Origin: Strigamia acuminata | Taxonomy: Eukaryota | NCBI GenBank assembly: GCA_949358305.1 | Contig: OX442314.1 | Span: forward strand, 27,094,001-27,158,000 | DNA length: 64,000 bases | Direction of reading: 5' to 3' | Part shown: in pieces, positions 11,301 through 18,001 of the stretch | How positions within the stretch are numbered: the first letter of the stretch is position 1 | Layout: the number at the start of each line of letters is the position of its first letter | Made by a program: the position numbers and the translations under genes | The notes under the pieces: generated by a model | What the model was told of the DNA's origin: nothing | Database searches by the model: none | Seen by the model: the letters and a program-made list of their open reading frames with translations, nothing else

Positions 11301-11812
11301 CTGTGGCCAGCGGTGCCAGACCAAAGACGCGCACCCCGGCTTTGCGCAGATCCAGATCCCTCTCGATCTGCAAAAAGTCGCCGCCACCGCCGCCTCCTCC
11401 AAAGGATTCGCCGCCAAGAGATAGGGGATCGAGTATGGCCACCCACCTCACCGCCTATCAACGTTTGCGCTCATTATACGCCTTTTGCTACATAACGAGC
11501 GCGACGAAAACGATTCTCCAGAACAGCGAGGATTTATGCAACCGAGTCCTCGCGTGGCTGGAAAACCACATCAAGGAACAGCAGCCGTGGATCCTGCATC
11601 AACGCCTGGTGTTCGCTCGAATTACGCCTCAAGACCCGCAGGAGTACTTCGAGATGGGTTTTGGACGAAGGGATGGTGTGGACCGCATAAAGCAAGTGTG
11701 GCTCCACATCAACCCTGGCTTCCGGTCAGGACCAAACGCCGGCCGACCTTTGTGCACCGTCACAGAGCACAAGGATCCCAATGATCATTCGACGGACATG
11801 TTGCCTAAATAA
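2372..11812 (+). CDS. Gypsy-A accessory ORF3, spliced: 2372-2635 joined to 2988-4185 and 10791-11812 (about 827 aa reconstructed); now disrupted by the Copia
   Basis: Donor CGG|GTAAAT at 2636 and acceptor TTTTACAG| at 2987 give a phase-0 join in frame with ORF 3063-4196. Removing the Copia and one TSD copy fuses this in frame with ORF 10862-11812 (QIREGEK-E-WQWLARE). A probable 5' UTR intron lies at 2286-2363 (GTAAGT...TTAG). Homologous to Gypsy-B ORF3. Confidence 0.8.
4186..4643 (-). repeat. Copia 3' LTR
   Basis: Direct repeat of 10328-10785, adjacent to the polypurine tract. Confidence 0.97.
4661..9217 (-). CDS. Copia gag-pol polyprotein (UBN2-like gag, protease, integrase, MBD, RT, RNase H); first ATG is 9 codons into the ORF
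   Basis: PR WYVDTGATDH; IN WHSRMGH..CDAC, HLDVWG, KTDNGGEF, VAERTNR; RT HLDIKAAYL, LYGLHQSG, YVDD; RH YTDASF, ADLMTK. PR-IN-RT-RH order, no internal stops. Confidence 0.96.
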   Translation of the reverse strand: MCYFTRKSRMALPRFERAQLRRQFLDLKMNDNETMREFLDRVDQKAIEVNNAGLDLTPIFIIFQYMDGVRPEFEACKLTIDALLQENVTQEGVRQIFLDEYDRLHPPPVQPMDTSSDTDFSSGDERDEDRGMGASCIQQPSAHYAATQCPIVKSGMDSPPKQQQGAARGNPIGQFSRGSQRGKNRGKGQQKAAVTQMDIFSDSPVSYFSAAICQEQPPVAVSLLSHASYDSQWYVDTGATDHFSFNKSWFSDFKPLTGYSVQQGDGKSKIEGIGNVTLISIHGQRTRELTLKNVYYAPNFKKNLISLGRTDEAGATTMVKNGKMFIYDQDINDPSITATRTSDRMYKVNCRFNAKNSVNTVALSAQQSATVASSPPLKSEETVDPLLTHLNFKTALTQNLSKSGKPVPANKGQAKTANNAPAIVANNASMEISNQQLSVLNNTHTSLVASKGNKPKNAKILKTIVQNNLTNGNGVVDGKDASIKPDKPQTMDIWHSRMGHLNAKGIALLNKSTEVFGLKLSNTELSSCDACSRAKSTRASFPPIATISTKGILEIVHLDVWGASPVESIGGAYYYLVMVDDFSRLMWIVIMKKKSEVLGHFKKWLTEIERMTSRKVKSIKTDNGGEFVSKQWDEYASSIGLKCMRTNAYSPEMNSVAERTNRTILGGIRALMIENSLPPSLWAELAVSVVYLKNRFPHAGLGGRTPYNVFFNKKLSLRHVKCIGALTYVHVPSQTRAGKLQQRAWAGALIGYASTTRGYRIWDPNRNQVFLSKHVKILEQNFWYENLQNPQLTPSPFTDDSDSSGEDSFDDSVSETDSVHGDPIPEYPEGEGKEEPVEGGAPEDFNYVDAMQYIIGDLNVINDDEIGGAKGDNRDFFNIYPDDEEESEEVEDPDASPQLSPQLSPTVPRRNPPRKGKDTGERTASTSELLPLDMTLWQRRQTVRQSGATAGKVDVWYITPKHEKLRSRVEVVRWCKTEGYEYRSELFDFKDVTIGFAGCCSVEPDTYEEAVTGVSKPDWENAMEDEINIFKEREVYVEVDKDQVKDKTLLGSKWIYKLKRDHTGTIRRYRARLVAQGFKQKPGIDFTEVFSPVVNFVLVMMFFCILVVLRGWRDVHLDIKAAYLYGDLDEVQYIHIPKGYRTSENQHKCWELRKSLYGLHQSGRMWYQRLHDQLIEIGFEPVLGLNCVYSLGTDAILIFYVDDIVLFSKDNIAEECVLDWIQQSFEIVNLGPVTLLLGIEFCRDGENIFIHQRAYIAKLCKQYGIDSCHRVRVPGTPGTMIQKVQTGERVNSSFPYRSLVGSLLFIASRTRPDILFSVIVLSQYNETHSTRHVNMLLQILRYLGNTPNYSINLGNCQSENLTVYTDASFALDQDKRRSFGGHIIYLGGVPISWNCHKQTITALSIMESEFLAVVDGVKEIIWLERIFGADVMMDGFNREIPCVYADSMPAIQYAKNRIENRANKHIDVKLHFVRDWFEKGVFRIRHIPGTLNVADLMTKWLSRAKLDALCEHIFVAAK
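6251..6430 (-). other. Methyl-CpG-binding domain (MBD) between integrase and RT
   Basis: WQRRQTVRQSGATAGKVDVWYITPKHEKLRSRVEVVRWC...ELFDF matches the MBD2/3 pattern W...RKSG..AGK.DVYY.SP.GKKFRSK......FDF. Confidence 0.9.
10312..10325 (-). promoter_or_regulatory. Copia primer-binding site, initiator tRNA-Met
   Basis: TGGTAGCAGAGGAT starts 2 nt after the 5' LTR and is complementary to the 3' end of animal tRNA-iMet. Confidence 0.9.
10328..10785 (-). repeat. Copia 5' LTR
   Basis: Direct repeat of 4186-4643, followed by the PBS. Confidence 0.97.
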
Positions 11813-11987
11813 TTAGGGAACACGCCCGTTCATTAAAAAATAATTCCTTTTTTATTTTTTACACGGTAATAAAAAAGAATAAATATATATCCTGTTCCAT
11901 TTTACTTTCAAACCTTGTGTATTTATTCTCATACTTACCTATCTCTTTTTGGAAAAGAATAAGATTCTTTCTTAAAAGGGGGGGAAG

Positions 11988-13063
11988 TGTGGTGACCTCA
12001 AATATTCCTAGTTGAGTGCGCACCATATTTCCAAATTGTCTTATAAACATATTCAACAAGCTTATATGTTTTGTTTCAATGTAAATTGAAATAAAACATA
12101 CATTAATAAAATATAAAACAAGACACAATATTACCCAAATAATATTGTGTTTTGCAGCAAGTTTTGGCCCAGCAACAGCGTCAACCAATCGCGCTGCAGC
12201 GTGCATTGCTTTGATGATGCTGCTAGGCGTGTGCCTGGGCGGAGCATCCCTTCCCCTCGCGCGTGCCCGGCTCAATTGTTGCACACGACCCAAAGGCGGC
12301 CGTGTGTGATCTTTGTGCAACTCGTCATCTGCGCAGCTTTTCTGAGCAGATTTAGAAGTGAGCCAAACGGTTTTGGCCCACTCTTCCCGCATTCTTGATT
12401 CTGCTTCCAAACCATTCACATCTGTGTCAAACTTATGCCAACCATTGCTAAGTGTGATCTGTGATATCTGGAAGAGTTGAGATTCATTGCTGGTCTGTAC
12501 CAACTGTACAGAATAGCGCCCTTCTGTTTGAATTACTACACGTAATTTAAGCCATTTCTGTGTGTGAATTGACATTGAGCTTGCTCTGTCAATTTGAAGG
12601 CTTTGTGTCGAGTTTAACTCCGCAAAGCGAACTGTGTTAAGACGGATTGTTACGTCGAGCTTGCTCCGTAATAATCAAACCGCTGTGTGCAAGACGTGTT
12701 CTCGTGTTGAGCTTGCTCCGCGAGGATTTTGGTATATTTTAGCAACGTATTTTAGCGTCGAGTTTACTCCGCTAAAATCCCGCGCTCACACGACGCCATC
12801 GACGCCATTTTGGAGCCAACGGTCAACTGTGAGTGTCCAAGTACGAAGAGAAACCAGATCGACCCAGTCATTACACTTATTATTTCGCATTATATTTGGG
12901 TGTATTTAAAACGATTAAAACAATCTAATTTTTCCTTTACTCTGTGTAAAATCATTCCCCTAGACAACCATTTGGCCACAGAGTAGAAGTCCTGTACGGC
13001 ATCTCACCGACGATTGCTTATTAAATTTATATAATTTAATAAGTAAAAACCCGGATCGCCGCA
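11988..13063 (+). repeat. Gypsy-A 3' LTR (about 1076 bp)
   Basis: Follows the PPT; imperfect terminal IR TGTGGTGA...TCGCCGCA; right end abuts CYP exon sequence. The partner LTR is outside the window. Confidence 0.8.
12567..12778 (+). ncRNA. Array of five bulged hairpins in the Gypsy-A LTR (stem - UY bulge - GAG[CUUG/UUUA]CUC - stem); putative cis-acting RNA element
   Basis: Units at 12567-12594, 12601-12627, 12645-12676, 12699-12726 and 12749-12778. Stem sequences differ but are complementary, and every non-Watson-Crick pair is G-U on the + strand. Confidence 0.75.
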
Positions 13064-14594
13064 AATGTTTTAATATGTTTAATTAAAAATTGTATTTCAT
13101 CCTAATGAAATACAATGTGTGTTTAATTAAAAAGATACTCGACGTGATTTTTGGAATTGTATTAGTACCTGAATTTTTGTTTCCATACTTGCTTTACCCA
13201 TTCCAAAATTGTGCAGAGCAGTAAATACGAACCGTCGTAATTCTGCTCTAGGAGCTCCACCACTTCCAAACATGCCTAGAAAATATTTAAATCATCCGTA
13301 ATAGTCATTGACAATTTTAATGTGTGACTCATACCTACAAATACACTAGTAACTATAAAATAGTTCACTAAGTTTCTATCAGTAATACGTACCTTCTTGC
13401 GAGTCAAATGTCATAAGAGCTGAAAAGTGGTGAGGTCTTTCTGTATAGTTGTCACTTTGTTGAAACACTTCCTTGATCAGTTTAAATGATGATAAAACTA
13501 CAACACGTTCACTTGCTATGTTGATTCTGAAAACGGGTTATTTGTAATACCTTTGCAATGAACCAAAAAGCATAATTGTAATAAACAGGCAGCATGCAGT
13601 AACCAATCGGATGCTAATCCTTAATTCTGACTCTCACCTTATCCACGGTTTGAAATAACTGATTAGGCAAATGCTGATGTCATTATAAATCTAAAGCTGT
13701 CTTTATGGCCTTCCTGCAAACAAACTAACAACCACTTGTACTGCAGGGAAGTGTTTTGCTTTACGATTGTACTTCCCTAAGCAGTTTCTGTTACGTCCAC
13801 AAATCTGCAATAATATTTCCGTGAAAACTGGTATTTTAAGATAGAGCGGGGTCGCGTGAGCTCGAGCGCGACAACGCGTTTGCGAGTAGGGAAGGTAACA
13901 TTCAGTAGGGGTTTTGACGGTATTGCAAGACGCGGAACCGGAAGTGTAAAAGAATTGTCATAAATTTTCAGAAATAACCCTTTGTTTTCTTGATTTTGTA
14001 TTTGAGAACCCCAGAAAGATACAATAAACTTGTTTCTAACCTAATAGGTATGTTTTATATTGCATAACCAGAAAATCGACAAAATAGTAATTATTAGGAT
14101 CAGGATAAATGCGTAAATGCATAGGATATATTTTTGTTCAATAAAAAGCCGAAAATAGCAACAAATGCATATTTTCTGAAAATCAGAAAATAAATGCATA
14201 TTTTCCGAAAATTAGAAAATAATGCATATTTTCCAAAAATTAGGAAATAAATCCATATTTTTCAAAAATCAGAAAATAAATGCATAAATCGCCGATTTGT
14301 GTCTTTTTTTAACGATATGTAACATGTACAATATATGTACGTATCAATATTTGCCTTTTTTAAAGACAACATTGGTTCAGAAAACTGAGGACTTTGCTAA
14401 AAACAGACACCAGGGAAAGTCACTAAATGAGTGTCTGAAAAATGTTTTAAGAAATAAAAAAATAGATAAACATGAATTCTAGCTCTACTCATCTTTGAAG
14501 GCTTTCAATATGATCATGTTTGATCATTTATTTGATTATTCTTTGTGTTATTTTTCTTCTAAAGGGTATTGTCAAATATAACATTTACATTTTA

Positions 14595-15131
14595 CGGCCG
14601 AAACTCTTTATAACGATTCGCGATATAACGAATTATCGATATAACGATTTGGTTGGCCAGCCATAGAACACCATGTTAAATATTTTCGTTATAACGAATT
14701 TCAATATAATGAATTATACGTTACAACAAACAAGTTTGTGTGTACTCTGTAAAACCCACAAGCCCTTGTTACAACGAATTTTCAAAACTGATCAGATGAC
14801 TCACAAGCAAAGCATAATGAAAATTTTCTTGTTTTAAAATGGCTGCCAAACGAAATGCAATTATGATTACAGACAAGTTGAACATTATTAAAGCCATTGA
14901 CAATGGCAAGAAGCCATCAATTGTAGCAGATAAGTTTAATTTGTCCCTTTCTACAATTTTCAACAATTTAAAAGAATTTGTATAAAATTAACATGAAACT
15001 TGCATGTTTATGAATAAATAATATTTATGATGAAATTTAATTCTTTTTAGCTAATTCGTTTTAACAAACTCTAGTTTTTTACGAATCGATGTTTCCAGGC
15101 CCTTGCGATTTGTTATAAAGAGTTTCGACTG
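14595..15131 (+). mobile_element. Tigger/pogo-derived non-autonomous DNA transposon
   Basis: TIR C(A/G)G(T/C)CGAAACTCTTTATAAC flanked by TA. An internal remnant from 14839 reads MAAKRNAIMITDKLNIIKAIDNGKKPSIVADKFNLSLSTI, a CENP-B/psq-type HTH. Confidence 0.75.
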
Positions 15132-15138
15132 TATAACA

Positions 15139-15442
15139 TTTACATTTTAAAGTATTTACATTTTAAAGTATTTACATTTTAAAGTATTTACATTTTAAAG
15201 TATTTACATTTTAAAGTATTTACATTTTAAAGTATTTACATTTTAAAGTATTTACATTTTAAAGTATTTACATTTTAAAGTATTTACATTTTAAAGTATT
15301 TACATTTTAAAGTATTTACATTTTAAAGTATTTACATTTTAAAGTATTTACATTTTAAAGTATTTACATTTTAAAGTATTTACATTTTAAAGTATTTACA
15401 TTTTAAAGTATTTACATTTTAAAGTATTTACATTTTAAAGTA
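15139..15442. repeat. 16-bp minisatellite (TTTACATTTTAAAGTA) x19
   Basis: Perfect tandem array, 304 bp. Confidence 0.95.
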
Positions 15443-16471
15443 TTCACAATAACACAATAACAACGACAGTATCTTATCAGCATGGCCAAACTTCATATGG
15501 TTCAAAAGGCAAACATTTCAGCTAAAAATGATGAAATTTTGTTATGCCTCTTGGCGCCATCATTTCCATGAAAAAAATAATTTTTAATTTTTAATAAAGC
15601 AAATACAAGCATTTTTTTTTTATTTTGAAAAAGTTTGGGGGGTGTTTTAAGTTTTGTTACGTAATTACGGGGTGAGTGTTTGGGAATAAAAAAATAAAAA
15701 TATCAAATTTTCCGTTACGTAATTTATGGACGGCCCTTAACCAGTAATAAGTTAAATCTGGTTAGGTAATAGGGTAAAGTATACTTACGTATAAATTTCT
15801 CCATATTTCTCTTTGAGTTTGGTTAGTGCAAGATGCGGTTTGCTGCCGAGGAATGGCAAATATCCCAAGACTGGTATTCCTTTAGGTCCAGGTGGCAAGT
15901 TTTTCGGAGATTTCATGTATTTCATAGTTAGCCAGAATACAATTGCGACGATTGCAAATCCGAATAGTGGAAAATCATTAGGAATCATGTTTTTCCCCAG
16001 TACTTTTCAATGCTGTAAGTGGTAGCTACACAAATTGTTTCCTCATAAAGTTATGAATACAGATAATTTTGCGTAATTGAAGTCAAAGAAACTGATATCA
16101 ATTTAAATCTGACAACGACGGTATTCGGAAGGCACACCCATCTTTTACAACACATCGGTATTCGAATTTCTAATATACAGTATGATTAATATTCGGTATT
16201 CGGTGTTTGACAATAAAAGTGAATCATACTTTCATTCGATGATTTTAATATTCGGTAAGTATTCGTTTTTCGGTGATTGGACAATAAAAGTGATGCATGC
16301 GACTAGTATTTATTTTCGTTTTGTGTACACAAATTAAGTTAAAATTGGTGTTACATCTATCATAAGTAGTTTTTATTATTATTATTTATTATTGATCTAT
16401 TGATACATTTATAATGGGTTAGGACAGATTAGGTAAAATCATTTTATTTTTTGGCTGATGATATTTGAGTG

Positions 16472-16642
16472 TTAGCGCTTTGTTGCACAAATATTTTGAC
16501 AAGGCAAATATCCCAAGACTGGTATTCCTTTAGGTCCAGGTGGCAAATTTTTCGGTGATTTCATGTATTTTGAAGTTAGCCATAAGACAATTGCGACGAT
16601 TGCAAATACGAATGGATTTAGAGGAAGGTCATGAGGAATCAT
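16472..16642 (-). pseudogene. CYP unit 2: collapsed copy with exon 1 fused in frame to the last codons of exon 8 (56 aa)
   Basis: MIPHDLP...[23 protein letters not shown]. Upstream and downstream flanks match the 5' and 3' flanks of the full paralogs. Confidence 0.88.
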
Positions 16643-17019
16643 GTTTTTTTCCCTAGTATTTTTCACTGCAGAAATTGCGAAGTATAAAAATTGCTACAGT
16701 ATGTACTGTAGATAATTTGGCGAGATTAAAGTTAAATAGAAATTACTATCAATTTAAATCTGATAAATACGGTATCCGAAAGGTGACATTTACCTTCTTT
16801 TATGATATTCGGTAAATATTCCTTTTTCGGTGATTTGACAATAAAAGTGAGCTATGGTTTCAGGATGCATGCGATTAGTATTTATTTTCATTTTGTGCCT
16901 ATAAATTAAATTGGTCCCAAAAATCGCTATACCGACCAAACATATTGTGACCTCCAAATCCCCCCAATTTTGAACTCTTTTCAAACGCCAGTTTTAACAT
17001 CGGGATAATGCGATACACG

Positions 17020-17158
17020 AGCTGCATTCAAAAACTCTAAAACGCCTCTAAAACTCATTTCGTGTCTGTACATGTGACGTCATTCCCATGTTATTCAATG
17101 GGAATGACGTCACACGTACAGACACGAAACGAGCGTTTTAAAGTTTTTGAATGCAGCT
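17020..17158. mobile_element. Palindromic MITE of about 140-150 bp (TIR AGCTGCATTCAAAAA); other copies at about 18570-18717 and 26908-27055, relatives at about 17645-17782 and 21295
   Basis: Near-perfect inverted repeat with TGACGTCA-like sites in each arm. The 26908 copy is absent from the orthologous position in other paralogs (candidate TSD AGT). Confidence 0.8.
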
Positions 17159-18001
17159 AGTGTTAGGACGGATCGTGACAATTCGGTATTTGGTGATTTG
17201 ACAATGCAAGTGAACGACCAGGGTTTCATGGTGCATGCAATTTAGTATTTATTACGAAGTACTCCGTACAATTTAATCAGTAATTTTTCTGTTTAAAGAG
17301 AGTGTGATGATCCGGTACTGCTCTCGGTGGGTTCGTGTTGGTTAGTGAAAACCAACGGAGAAATAAATGTATTCTCTTTTGGGCACAAAGTGTTTTTAGA
17401 TGTTTACTCTTTGAAAGCAAGTGGCAATTGATACAAACTAAATGTTTTGATTTACAAGGAAAACTAATATAACAAAAGAACAATACTATGACATATAAAA
17501 ATGACGCACATGACATAACACACTGTAACTAAAAATAAGCACAGTTCGGATAACATAAACTTCACACTATGATACTACTGTGACTAACAAATATTATATA
17601 AAACATTATAAATGATAAAATGCAAATCTCACAAGTGAAATAGTAGCTGCATCCAAAAACTAAAATATTTTGTGTTTTACTTCAATTTTAAACAAAGAAT
17701 GACATCATTTCCTGTTTAAACCCATGTTAAAACTTAAAATACACTTAAACTAAAATTGTTATTTTAATTTTTGAATGCAGCTGGTGACAGTTAATAGACA
17801 TCATGTGGTGATGTTTATTACCAATTCACTTTTGATGCCACTTATTGAAGGAAGTATTTATTGTACGAAGATAATGGTTTGGTTTAAGGTCCCTTCTGCA
17901 AATCAGTTTTATCAGACGCAGATGCTGTCGATACGTTTGTATTCCGTTAGGTTAGCTTGGGTAGTATCATTTTACTTTGGTTAATGTTAAATCTTTCGGT
18001 G

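Larger units (their letters stand above)
1..13063 (+). mobile_element. Gypsy-A: Ty3/Gypsy LTR retrotransposon (5' part outside window) with accessory ORF3; interrupted by a Copia; inserted into exon 4 of a CYP gene
   Basis: RNase H end then integrase (Gypsy domain order). PPT AAAAGGGGGGGAAG at 11974-11987 is followed by TGTGGTGA. LTR ends TCGCCGCA at 13063, exactly where CYP exon 4 sequence resumes (13064). Confidence 0.9.
13064..15988 (-). pseudogene. CYP unit 1 (CYP2-clan P450): exons 1-3 and start of exon 4, interrupted by Gypsy-A
   Basis: Exons 15789-15988, 13393-13526, 13169-13275 and 13064-13101 are paralogous to the intact copies (PPGP hinge, LRRF...FGMGK). Exon 4 is cut after DEIQFLIKHIKT. 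Confidence 0.88.

Noticed and set aside
11859..12575. 238-aa antisense ORF across the Gypsy-A PPT/LTR
   Set aside because: No recognisable motif and no counterpart in Gypsy-B; probably a chance ORF.
12971..12980. Alternative LTR end at TTTGGCCACA
   Set aside because: Host CYP sequence resumes only at 13064, and the 13063 end resembles the Gypsy-B LTR end.
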